A stretch of DNA of 64,000 nucleotides from the human T2T-CHM13v2.0 reference genome, Homo sapiens. Of the stretch, positions 27,626 to 40,285 are shown piece after piece; the first letter of the stretch is position 1, and each line of letters opens with the position of its first letter. Where the stretch lies: NCBI RefSeq assembly GCF_009914755.1, contig NC_060936.1, one strand, 5' to 3'. The translations under genes were made by a program, and so were the position numbers. The notes under the pieces were generated by a model. The model was not told the DNA's origin, made no database searches, and saw only the letters and a list, made by a program, of their open reading frames with translations.

Positions 27626-27729
27626 GTAAGTTTGTTAAATATTTTCTTTCTTCTTTTTGAATATCAAAGTTAGATGCACTGACTCAGTAGAACCTTAATG
27701 TGTGATTCACTTTTTGTATGTTTGTTGGA

Positions 27730-27860
27730 AAAACCTCCAAGCTGGATATAAATCATAAAAGCATGACTAATTGCATGGTAACTGGAGAAATGCTTTCTCT
27801 CTCTCTGGGGTGAAGCCTGCATGTCTGTATTTTAGCTTGGGAAGTAATACGGGGATATTT
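27730..27860. promoter_or_regulatory. Orthologue of the mouse Myf5 -57.5 kb limb/hypaxial enhancer (H1, 145-bp element)
   Basis: AAATCATAAAAGCATGACTAATTGCATGGTAACTGGAG: composite homeo+paired site ATTAGTCATGC (minus strand, 27761-27771) next to the MEF3/Six-like site GTAACTGGA (27778-27786). Sequence and intronic Ptprq location match my recall of the published element. Confidence 0.78.
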
Positions 27861-28289
27861 AAACTCCTTGGGGTTTGAAAACCATGTCATTATGAGAATG
27901 AGGTCACTGCAATATTTTATATCTTCTAAAACCTTGTAATGTATAAAATGTTTTCTGTCTGACAAAGAGGTATTATGTGCTTTAGGAGTCAATGATAACT
28001 TCATGCCCTTACATTTACTTGAAAAATTTTCTTCATTAAAATGCTAAATCCTTTATTTAATGTCACTAAAAAATTGAAGGAATTTTGTGCCATGAATACA
28101 AAGAAAGTGAGCTTAAAGAAGAAAAGTTAATTTTATAAGTATAACAGAGTGACTTTAAAAAGCTGTGTTGTTTGTGATTTTGGGGATGTCCATTGTTCTT
28201 TAACTTGTTAAAAGTGAAGCCAGTGCCAATGCTAACGCGAACAAATACAATCTAACATGACCCTATTTTATACCTTTCTTTACTTGGAG

Positions 28290-28371
28290 GCCAATAAGCA
28301 AGAAATCCTTCCTGCAACATGTTGAAGAGCTTTGCACAAACAACAACCTAAAGTTTCAAGAAGAATTTTCG
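28290..28371 (+). CDS. PTPRQ: PTPRQ coding exon (82 nt) [27 protein letters not shown], wedge/start of PTP domain
   Basis: cctttctttacttggag|G...TCG|gtatgt; FxEEF motif typical of the R3 PTP N-terminal helix. Confidence 0.93.
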
Positions 28372-29704
28372 GTATGTTACTAGCAGTTGTCACAACATTG
28401 CAAGACCTCCAGTCGTTTCATGTGTCACATTTCATGTCCATTTTAAGCAAGCAAGGCCATGAAGGACTCTGGCCTTGATAATCAATACCCAATTACCAGG
28501 TTGATTGTTTTGATAGTAATGTTACACTGGGCCGCCTCTGGTGCAACCTGATCAGAATTATTCACCTACTGTGTCAGGAAAAGGTGGTCTTCTTCAGACC
28601 TCCCCTGTATTGGCAGCATGACCTTGTCTATTCTCTGCTCTTTCATCCAGATGTAGGTGCAAATGTAGAATGCCATATTCATTAGTTTGTTTTGTATTCA
28701 AGGTTTAGGTCATACTATAAGTGTAGTTTTATATTTAAGTAATTATTTTACATTTGGACACTAAATTATTTCATTTTACGTTTACCTACTTGGTTTACAT
28801 TAGTGATATAGATGAATGTGAGATCAAAACTTGAAGCTTCCAGAAACTATAAGAAAATTATTTCTAGAACTGTCTAAAAATAAAAAAAAAGATAAGTAAT
28901 GTCCACGTTTTACAGGGGGCCTTTTTAAAGTTACTATGGAATAAATGCTGTATCATATAATGAAAATGTATAAAATTAAGAATTTGTCACTTTAAATCTA
29001 CTTAAAAGTTGGGAATAGTTTTTTTTTTAACATTTTGTATATCTATAAAATTGAAATTATTTAAAAACATAAGGTAGATATCAAATCTTCAAGCTACTTT
29101 AAGAGTTATAAGCATCTTTTCTAACTTAGATGATTATTTTGTTATTAAGAAAGACAGATTTCTACATGTCACCAAAAACATTATTTCTATTTTATTTTTT
29201 TCCATGAAATTTCCAGTGTGTGAACTCCTGAAACAAAGAATAAAACAATTGGGTTAAATAATTCAGAATTATAATATTTCAGTCTCTTAGGGAATAATAA
29301 CAAAAATGAGAGAAGATTAATGGTATTTCCTGCAGCCTTTTGGTTATGCTTCTTAAGAAATATTGGTCTGGACTTAACAAAATCAATAGTGCCATAAAAT
29401 TCTTCCTAGCATTTAGACAGCAAGAATTCTCAATTTTTCAGGAGCAAAAGTGTAATTTCCCTAGAATAAGAGTGAATGTAATTACATTATGCATGACCAA
29501 GTAGATAAAAAGTTTTATTAGCAATAACATTTTCACATATATGAGAAAGTTTCTAGTTTAAGTTTTTTGAAGACCATAGTTTGAAGAACTTTTTAAAAAT
29601 TTCATTTTGTCTAATGCTTTGTTAAGAATTTCTAAAGCAAATTATTAAATTATGTTTTAATAAATACATTTTTGGTGCATATATTTGATAAACCTTTTAA
29701 CTCA

Positions 29705-30300
29705 GGACATATTCACTCATATCTTAAATATTTATAAGTTCCTACTATGTGATAGGCATTGTATTTGGCACATACAATCAGCACTTACCAGCTAAGTGAC
29801 TTTGGGCAAATTTCTTAAACTCTCTTTGCCTCAATATCTTCATTTGTAAAATTATAATATCTACTTTATTAAATTATGAATATAAAATGATTGAATATAA
29901 GCAATACTAAGAACAGTAGCTGGCACAAGTATTAGCTATTACGATGATAAATTCTACCATAAAGAAGCTCATATTATGGTAAGAACTGCAGATGTGTAAA
30001 AATTGCAAATTTACTGTATCTTGATGGAGATATGCATGAAGATTGAGGATCAAATCTGTTTGTATATCAACCAGAAAAGAGTTTATAAAAAAGGTGTCTT
30101 TCAGGATGAACTTTAGGATGAGCAGAAGTCTAATGAGAAGGTAAAGGAAAAAAGGTGTTCCAGAGACAGGAAAAGGATAGGAATGCAAAAACGGTCTAAC
30201 TCATCTGTGGTCCCACTGAAAAGAGAGAAAGCAATAGGAGAAAGAGCTAAATAGGGAGAATTGTGGCCTTGTGCACCCTGATAAGGATAACACTGCCCAG
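29705..30300 (-). mobile_element. L2 fragment with a nested MIR (about 29780-29945, plus)
   Basis: aaatatttataagttcctactatgtgataggcattg (L2 tail); cagctaagtgactttgggcaaatttcttaaactctc (MIR). Confidence 0.55.
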
Positions 30301-31445
30301 TGTAACATTACCATCTAAACAATCAACCTAGTGTTTGAGCATTGCTTACCAAAGCCAGAGCTGCTTAAGTCTAGAAATGGAAACTTTTATGTGAAATAAT
30401 TATAAAATATAAGTGCTCTTTCAGTCTATTTAAACTCACCTTTTTTCTCCCTTCTTTATGTATTTCCAAAACTTTGACACAAGGAAGCTGTTCTAGGACT
30501 CCTTATTGGGTTAAAAAAATTTTGTAAGCCTTTGGTGCCAACACATCAGAATTCAGATCTTACACCATTCCTGTCCCTTAATACATACCCATATGTAAAC
30601 AATTGTCCAGATTTTAATTTTGAGAAAAAAAAATAAGAAAGGGAAACTTATCCAATTAAAAGAAATAATTTATATTGATGTTGAAAAATTGTTAAAACAC
30701 ATATTTTTAGTGCTTTTTATGGAATTTGGCAAGTTGAGATTTCTAAAATGGAAAACTATAAATTTCACACATGTAAATTTTCAGCTCAACAAAATAATGA
30801 ACATATTTTCTTATGCCAGACTTTTTAATGATGCTTGCTTTGCCAAGAGCAAGGTAGATAGATAATATCATAAATTTTCATCAAATGTCAATAATAGATC
30901 TTCTTGACCCTTCATCTATATCTGATAATTCTTAATTGCACCTTTGCATTCCATTATTGATTTAGCAATGCTTATTAAGAGCAGGAATTGACCTCTGGCA
31001 TCTTCTCAAACTGACCAATGTTGTACCAATTAATAGGCATGAAATCACACTGCCTGAGGAGAGAAAACAAAAAATAAATCATTGAAATCCCTTTTCCTAC
31101 TAAGTAGACATTAAAATATTAAACAATAGTGTGTACCTGATGAAACCATTAGTAACATATGTAAAATGGTCACTAACATGGTTGCCACATCTTAAGGCTT
31201 CCCAAAGTGCAAAGAAATTATCTCCGAAAGAGCAAAACCCAGCTGACCAACTTTATTCAGGATATTTTTGGTGAAAGCCTAGGTAAACTCATTACTGTTA
31301 ACTTGACCTTGTTTCCACAGTTATGATAGGTGTTTTTAATTTAAAAATTAAAAAAAAAGTTTAGGACAAATAACTGTCTTTTAATAAGTGAAATTTCTTG
31401 TTTACCTCTGATAAATGTAAACTTTGTAATGACTTTATTTTACAG

Positions 31446-31536
31446 GAATTACCAAAATTTCTTCAGGATCTTTCTTCAACTGATGCTGATCTGCCTTGGA
31501 ATAGAGCAAAAAACCGCTTCCCAAACATAAAACCAT
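31446..31536 (+). CDS. PTPRQ: PTPRQ coding exon (91 nt) [30 protein letters not shown]
   Basis: ttttacag|GAA...CCAT|gtatgt; NxxKNRF = PTP motif 1 (normally KNRY). Confidence 0.96.
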
Positions 31537-32699
31537 GTATGTGCATTTGTTGGTTTTGGTTTAGCTAGGAAATATTTTTAAATGCCTACCATCTTAACTT
31601 TTTTGTTTCCTTAATATATTTTATTTTATATTGTTTGAATTATAATAATGTATTTTATTGGCAGTGACTACCAAATTATATATCTTTTGCTTTGTTCATA
31701 TTTAACTAAAGTTAGTATACGTGGTTTTCAGTTTGTTCACACAAGTTCACTTATGCAGGTGCAAGAAACTGTAGACCTAATAGTTTCTTAGCTTTGTAAT
31801 TAAACCCAAGTAATGAACCTGTTTAACATCTTCCTACAGACCTAGCATCAAATGCAAAGGGAATATTCTCACTTAGCTTTGTGCATTAGTTTCCCTTCAC
31901 AGCATAGCAGTGTTTTCCTATGGAACATAAAAAAAATGCATTGTAAAATATTCATTGAAGACCAGAGTAAATGCGCACTTACATGAATTCATTTTACATA
32001 TGAGGCAGAATGAGCTTCACCATAGTACATACAGCTTCATTTTTCAATCAATAAGAAAATAAACAGTGTTATTGCTTAAAGAATTAACAGTGATGTGAAA
32101 GGAAAATAGGACATTTCTCTGTTACTAATAACTATATGTTTGCTATTATATTTTTGAACAGATATCCCTATTTTCAATATTCTGATTCAATACATTTTAC
32201 ACTATGAAATTAAAAAGTGACATTGTGATGTCCTGAAACGTTTCAAAGTCTAGAGTTTTGAAATGTTCCCAATTTTAAAGATAATATACATCTGTGTGTG
32301 TATATATATATTTTTGTCTATGCTTTTTCAAATGTATATTGGGGGAATAGCTACACTTCTTAAAAATTGAATTCTTCTTTCTAGAAAGACGTAGACCTAG
32401 AGAAGGATGTGATCATAGAATGTCGAATTGTAAAGGACATGCATAGGAAGAAACAGACCAAATTCTGATATTCTAGAACTAGGGAATAACTTATGAAGTT
32501 CACGAAGGAAACAAATGTAAGGAAACATGATATAGGAAGTAGTAATCTACTAGAACCTGTTAATTTCTAAGAAGTAGAATAGGATGAAAATACAAATAGC
32601 TTTAACCACCTAAATCCTTTCTGCAACAAAACAAATCATAAGTAAATGATTTTAAGAGCAAGATAACAAGACTCAGTCAGAGGAAATAAACATTCATAA

Positions 32700-33012
32700 T
32701 TTCTTTTTCTTTCTTTCTTTTTTTCTTTCTTTCTTTTTTTTCTTTCTTTCTTTTCTTTCTTTCTCTCTTTCTTATCTCTCTTCCTTTCTTTTCTTTTCTC
32801 TTTTCTTTTCTTTCTTTTTGGACTTTTGATCTTGTTGTCCAGGCTGGAGTGCGGTAGTGCAACCTTGGCTCACTGCAACTTCTGCCTCCTGGGTTCAAGC
32901 AATCTCCTGCCTCAGCCTCCCAAGTAGCTGGGATTACAGGCATGTGCCGCCATGCCCAGCTAATTTTGTATTTTAAGTGGAGATGGTTTTTCACCATGTT
33001 TGTCAGGCTGGT
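32700..33012 (-). mobile_element. 5'-truncated AluS with an expanded (TTTC)n tail
   Basis: Antisense right arm plus part of the left arm; about 120-nt TTTC-type tail at 32700-32819. Confidence 0.9.
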
Positions 33013-33251
33013 TAAATTTCTAAGACCAGGACATTTTTCAACGCATCCTTTTATTCTTTCTTTTAGAGAGTTAACCTAGGTTGGATGCAATGTAAGTATA
33101 AAAGTTATGGACATTCCCATGTCTTTATATTTATCTGCACCTAAATTTCATCCAGACTGTTTGCTTCATGCTTATTTGGTGATATTCTGTGAAAATAAAT
33201 ACTGTAATCTGATTAAGGGACAGTAACTGTGGAATAATTAGTATTTTTTCA

Positions 33252-33580
<329 letters not shown>

Positions 33581-34265
33581 TAATTTATAATATATCAGTA
33601 TATATAAAGTAAGTAATTCAAATATGTCTAACTTACTTCCAAGGAGTGTCTAATTTGAAATATGTAAAATTTGATAGATCAGAAAGTTTTTTTGCTGTGT
33701 GACTTTTCAATCATTTATTAAGATTTCAGTGCATTATTATCTGGGTTCCCTTTAAGACTGTAAGAAATGTTAGACAATTTTAGCTTATTACTTATAGGAT
33801 GAGAAGAGAATAAGAGTGGTTGATGGGACTAAATAAACAATCTTAAAGTAATAAAAAGGACCGAGGAGTATGACTACCCCAATTTTCCATATCTGAAGCT
33901 GAGATAAAAAATTAATCAGGTTTCCTGGGTTACATATCTGTTTACCCACTAACTACATTAGTGACTCTGGACATTTTATTCAGTGGTCTCTACCCCATAA
34001 GAGTATTGTAAAAATTAGATGAAATAATCATGTAAATCGCTTTGCCCAGTATTGGAACACAGGAAACATTCAAAATATTAGTTCTTATCTTATTGGTTAA
34101 TAGATCATTTCCTTTTAAGAGCTGCTAACTTTCTGGGTGAATAAGGTTAATTCATAGGCATTTAGGCTATGTCTGGAGATAACAAACCCAAATCTCTAGC
34201 CTGGGTTAGAAACCAAGCCGTAAAGTCACAGGCACATCTATTCTATGGGCAAGTATACCCCCGGT

Positions 34266-34273
34266 TCTCTCTG

Positions 34274-34305
<32 letters not shown>

Positions 34306-34355
34306 TCACACACACACACCCATACACACTCTCACACACATGTACACACACACAC
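34266..34355. repeat. (TC)n(CA)n compound microsatellite
   Basis: Read directly from the sequence. Confidence 0.9.
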
Positions 34356-35379
34356 TAGGAACAAGCAAATAAGATGTTTAAACTAAGTAGATTATCCTAT
34401 TGTGCTTGCAGAGAACCCATAAAGCTGAAGAAAATTTATTTTCCCTGCAGAGATTGATTTCATTTTAATAGAATTTGAATTTTAGCTAATAGAATTTGAA
34501 TTTTAGCTTGAGCCAGCTAAATGAAGTCCATTGTTTCTCTCCCCTGAGTAATGTAAGAAGCAGAATGCCAAATATCACAGCATGTTTTAGAAGACATTAG
34601 CTTAAAACACTTTAAGATGCTAGAATTAGCAGCAAATACTTGCAGAAGAGATTTCCAAATCTCCGTTTGACAGACGACCTATGACCTTCAGAAATATTCC
34701 AACACCACAAAGAAAAGTTTAGCTTGTAGTTGACTCAGATAGTTATAAGGAGGTGTATCTAGTGAATAGAAACATAATGATTCTCTTCCTTAGTAACAGG
34801 ACTAGTTACAATGTCATTAAACTAGATCATATAAAATTCTATATTTGGGACATAAATCATTTGCAGAAATGTGTTTAATCATTCCCATTTCTAAACATAA
34901 CCACATTGGGCAAGTAATTGTGATTACTAACAATACAACTAATTCATTTTAACATATTATGTGCTTAAGTTTTAAGAATGTAAGAACATGTATTGAGTGC
35001 CTATTATAAGCTTTCATGTAAATTTTCTTCAAGAGGATTATACAAAATCTGTGTTATAATGACATCTTGTAGCTGAGGTAACCAAGGAGCAGAGAAGCTT
35101 AGCAATTTACCCAAGCCCATATGTATGGTAGGCAGATCATCTAGAATTCAGACCCAATCCTGTTTACCCATTTTTCCTCCTTGAAAACAAACAACCCATC
35201 AAAACAATTAAGTAGTGGATATTTCATGTTTAGTTAAAAATCATTACTGGATGTTTCAATTATAATATCAACTTGGTAAAATTTCTCAGGAAAAATAGTT
35301 TCTGACATTTTTCTCTGAAGAAAAGTAATGAGTACAGGGTATCTAGTTTTACTAGCTCTTAAAATATTCTAAAAAGTAG

Positions 35380-36640
35380 TAATTAGAAATTTGAAAGAAA
35401 GAATAGGCAGATGAATTAATGGAAAAGAATGAATGGTCTAGAAATAGACCTAACTACCTAGAAAACAAAGTGGTGTTCCAAATCAGGGACAAAAGATGAA
35501 ATGTTAAAAAATTGATACTATTTGTTGTTCCAACGACAACAGATAAACAATAAAAGATATATTTATACCTCATTCCTCAAAAAAAAAAAAAAAAGTCCCA
35601 ATGGGACAAAGATTGAAATACTTAAAACCAGAAAAATCCATGAAATTTTCAGAAGAAACAGAATTTGTAAAATAATAATAATTTATAATGACAACTTTGA
35701 CAAATGGTACAAAGTCATAGTGAAAAATAATGAGAAATTTGATTGCATAACAATATAAATTTTTGTACGGCAAAATTGATAGACAAATTCATGGACAAAT
35801 GACAAACTAAGAAGAAAATTTTAATTAATATGACAAAAGGCGATATGTAGCCTTCTGTTTTTAACATACTTTTTTTAAATAAAAGTGAGAAAATGTGAAA
35901 GGCAGTTAATAGGAAAGGCATTAAAATGGTCAGTAAACATAAGGAAAGAAGCTCAGTTTCACTTGTATTTAAGGAAATCAAAATAAATATTATGAGACAT
36001 CAATTTGTATTTGTACAAAGAACATAAAGTGTTTAATAATACCTTGTGATAATGAAAGTAAGAGAAAACAGAATTTTTCAAACACTTTGGTTCAGAGTAT
36101 GAATTGTTAGAGAACAATTGAGAAATGTTTTTCAAAATTTGGAATGCATATATATAAAATCTAAAAATTTTACTGCTGGTAGTATATTCTACAAGTACAC
36201 TCCTATATATATGCAATATGCAAAAATTTCAATTATATCTATTCAACATTTTATAATTACAAAGTGAATCATTTAAATAATAATAAAAGGTTAAATAACT
36301 ACATTATTATATATTCAAACAGTGAAATACTGTATAGCTTTTAAAAATAATTAACTACATATCTTTGTTTATGCTGATACGGAAAGACATAGGTAAATGA
36401 AAAAAACGATTTGCAGAACAGATTGTATATCACTCCATTTGTAGCTAAAGAAAATTAGAATATAAAGAATATGTATAGAAAATTCTGGAAATATATACAA
36501 GGACATATTAATAGTCATTGTCTCTGGGTGGTAGAAATATGGGAGAAGAAATAACTTTTTAAAATTTACCGCCATCTGTGAAATTGGAATGTTATATTAT
36601 GAACTCCTTTGTATTACTTTTATAGTAAAAAAAGTAGTAA
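35380..36640 (+). mobile_element. Ancient L1ME-type fragment
   Basis: A-rich sense strand with decayed ORF2/3'UTR motifs (ctagaaatagacc, ggaaatcaaaataaa, gaaatactgtatagc); boundaries rough. Confidence 0.5.
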
Positions 36641-36686
36641 CAATTTAAAAAGCCAATTAACATTGATTCCTTATATTTTCTTCTAG

Positions 36687-36763
36687 ATAATAATAACAGA
36701 GTAAAGCTGATAGCTGACGCTAGTGTTCCAGGTTCGGATTATATTAATGCCAGCTATATTTCT
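36687..36763 (+). CDS. PTPRQ: PTPRQ coding exon (77 nt) [26 protein letters not shown]
   Basis: ttttcttctag|AT...TCT|gtaagt; RVKL and DYINAS motifs. Confidence 0.96.
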
Positions 36764-39700
36764 GTAAGTTACTATTTTATATATTTTATAATTGTATAAA
36801 ACATAATTACTGAAATTGTATTATCTTTCCAATTACTTAAAACAACAAATTTATTACAACTCCTATGGATCTTAATATGCTAGTTATTTACAGCCACATT
36901 GTGTACCCTTATTTTATAGATGTGGATATGGATATGCCTAACAGAGATACTAACTTATCAAAAATTATTTCACCAGTGCGCGGCAGATGTTCAACTTCAG
37001 GCTACACATCCCTGATCTTTCCACTAATTCATATGCTTTGTTAATGTATTCTCCATATGCAATGAAGTTTGCCAATCTCTGTGAATTAAAAATTATCAAA
37101 TGGACAGTTATGTCCATATAACATGAAAATTTATTATGCAGCTCTTCCCTTCTAGATCTGCAGTCCTTCAAGCGGGTAATAATGCCATCACCATCATAGG
37201 TACATTGAAACCTTATATGCACTCAAGATCTCCACTTGGTTTGCAAATTCATGGAATCTTAAAGAAGGAAGTGCCTTGAATTTGACCATTCACCTTGAAA
37301 CTCTAAAAAATTCCTGTCAGCCTCTTTTGGCATTGATTCATCCACTTCTTCCTAAGACGGGATTCTATCTCTAAACAACTCTGCTTTACAGTTGTTGGGT
37401 TTTTTTTTAACCAAGTTATGTCTCTTTATATTCTTACCCACTGACTTAAATTCTAATGCATAGCAAGCTTAACCATCTTCATTATGGTGAATCTACAAAT
37501 ACATGAAGATTTCCTCTGCTGCCCACACTCTCCATAGGCTTTTTCTTATCCATAGGTCTTCTCATCCATGCCCTCTATTTCCTTCAGTTCTATTAAGGCT
37601 CTTGTTATATGACGTTCCACCCTTTCTCCAACGTCAAACATACTTGTGCTGTGTCTCATTCCCTCCAAGCCTTTGTCATGGAGGAAAAAAACGAATTAGT
37701 TCTAAATCTGATATTGGTTGATAACTAATCTAAAATTACAATCATATATTGGGTCCTGTTGTCAAAGGAGTGAATAATGGGAGAATTTAAGACTTTAAGA
37801 CTTTTTAACCAGAGAAGTGAAGGAAAGTTTAGAGAAGCTAAGGTATTCTTTAAATTTCATTCTATTTTAATGCTAGAACTTTAAATCTGTATTTAAAGAA
37901 TTACATGAATTTACTATTATGGTAACATTTTATTCATTTATCAAATGATTGATTCCCTCTAAAATGTAATTCAAAATGTAAACATTTTGGTGAAATCTTA
38001 TGCTTACAATTTCCATTAAAATCTAAACTCTACAGCATGTTAAAGTTTTACTTGGATTTACAAAATGATGCATATATGCATTTAGATATTTACATTTCAT
38101 CACTACTCTGATAATCAAATGCCATCAAGCAGGACAAGGACAACTGGTTGTATCAGTGACCTATTGATTTGTATCATTTTTTATTCACCAATAAGTAGAT
38201 ACAAATCAACAGCTCATATTGTCTAATGTTCCATAAGGCATGACAGTACAGGATATGAATATAATTAAGAAGAAAAACAGACAATTTTAGTAGGTGTAGC
38301 TGAACCACACAGATTATGTAAGCAAAGTAATTTTCGCAAACCCCCAGTGTCCCCTTGAAATATGGTAGGTTGTCAGCATACAACTATGAGCAAATGATAA
38401 CGTGGTATGAGCAATAAACTAGGAAGCCTGAAGATATATATTCTGCTGTAATCAAGTGATGTTGTAATATAATAAATCTTACAACAACGTCACTATGACC
38501 CAATGTAATGATATGCATAATCATTGCTGAGCTGCATGGTAAGCAGGCTCAGATGGAAGGCACTTTACAAGAAGGCGGATTTCTATATTGGGGCTGGCAG
38601 TGTACTGTAGCACTCAGAGAAATCTCCTTTGCTCAGGATGTCAAGAACAGATGGGAACAGATGTAGCAATGATACTGCAGTGGCCCTCACTTTCCACCTA
38701 CGTATTCCTACAATCTTCACCTTAGAAAGAATGTCTGGTATATCAATTTCCCCCTACCCCCAAATTTTATTCGAAAGCACTTCCAATTGAAAGTTTATGA
38801 ACACTTGTCCCAGGAGCAAAAGACAGAGGTCATCTATGAATGGATTCCGGGTTTCAATTTCTTTGGAAGCTATGGCAAAGGGAAGAGAACTATAGAGGGA
38901 GGTAGGAAAGAAAGCAAAATAACTAGTGTTCAGATAGAAACATGAAAAACTGAAGTCTGGGGAAGAGACAGAGGAGGACCAGCATATGGTCTGAGGGATG
39001 TATGTTAAGACTGGGACCCTCCAGCCCAGGGTTTATAACTAGGTTAACATGCCAATGTGTGTTTTCCTCTGCCGTTGGCCATTCTCGAGAATGGTGCTCC
39101 CAGAGTTAGGACTTGGAAAGGCTGGAAGATTTTGATGAAGGATAGACTGTGAAAGAGGTAGGAAGAAGTGATATTGCAGCCCCATAATCTGCCACCAACT
39201 GTACAAATGAGTTTAGAAAGGTTTTCAAGAGGGTCAAAAATGAAAATACTGTGATTTTAGGTATAAGAGGAAGGCTTATAATTAATTTTGAGGAAGGCTC
39301 GTCAAAATTATCTCTCCTGACAATTTCAGATGCCTGCAATTACTTTAATTTGATGACAGCTTTTAACACAACTAGAGATTAAAGGCTATCATGCAAATGG
39401 TTGCAGTAACATTAGAAACATCAGATTTGTTCCTATGTTGACAGAGCATTATAATACTAAAGGATATTGTGTCCCTGAAAAAGTGAAATGAAAATGACAA
39501 GAGATACATTTTATAAATCAAAATCAATTTATTAATATTGATCGTCCTCTCTTCTTTGATCCCTCCACACTTTGTATATTTAGCATAGCCTTTGTCAGAT
39601 TCTAACTCACAGTGATCTCATTTATTAATTGCCTTCTCTGTGTGAGGAAGAGCATAAGGTACTGGGCACTACATGAGGATAAGCATGTATATTTCCTCTT

Positions 39701-39916
39701 ATCTTAGTACCACGTAAGGATGGAGATTCAGTCTTCATGATCTTACTATCAATCCTTCAGTATGAATTGAGGACCCCTAAAACACATACATATGAAAACA
39801 CAAACACACATGCATGTTTATATACATCATTTACAAGGATTTGCTAGACAGTTTGGGGGATATTAAGATGAAGAATCTCTACTTTTAATGACATCATAAT
39901 CATACAAAAGGAAAAA

Positions 39917-40285
39917 ATATATATATATAAACACATATATGTGTGTATACATAAATATATTTGTATATGTGTATATACAGTTATATTTTATATGTCTATA
40001 TTTTATATATGTATATATATAATATAAACATATATACATTTTGTATGTATGTATCTAGATATGTATATGCATGTATATAAATTCTCCCACTATTCACTCC
40101 TTTAGCAATAGGACCCAATATATATATTGTAATTTTGGAATAATTATCAAACAATATAGAATATGGTGATATATTTTTATATGCCGATATGTATACATTT
40201 GTATATAAACATATACATATATGTGTATATGTACACACATATATGTACACATACACACATATACTTATAGGCATATACAAATATA
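39917..40285. repeat. TA/CA-rich low-complexity region
   Basis: Degenerate (TA)n/(TACA)n. Confidence 0.75.

Noticed and set aside
28529-28546. CTCF-like motif (reverse GCACCAGAGGCGGC)
   Set aside because: Mismatches in the core GGGC positions; cannot be supported without ChIP data
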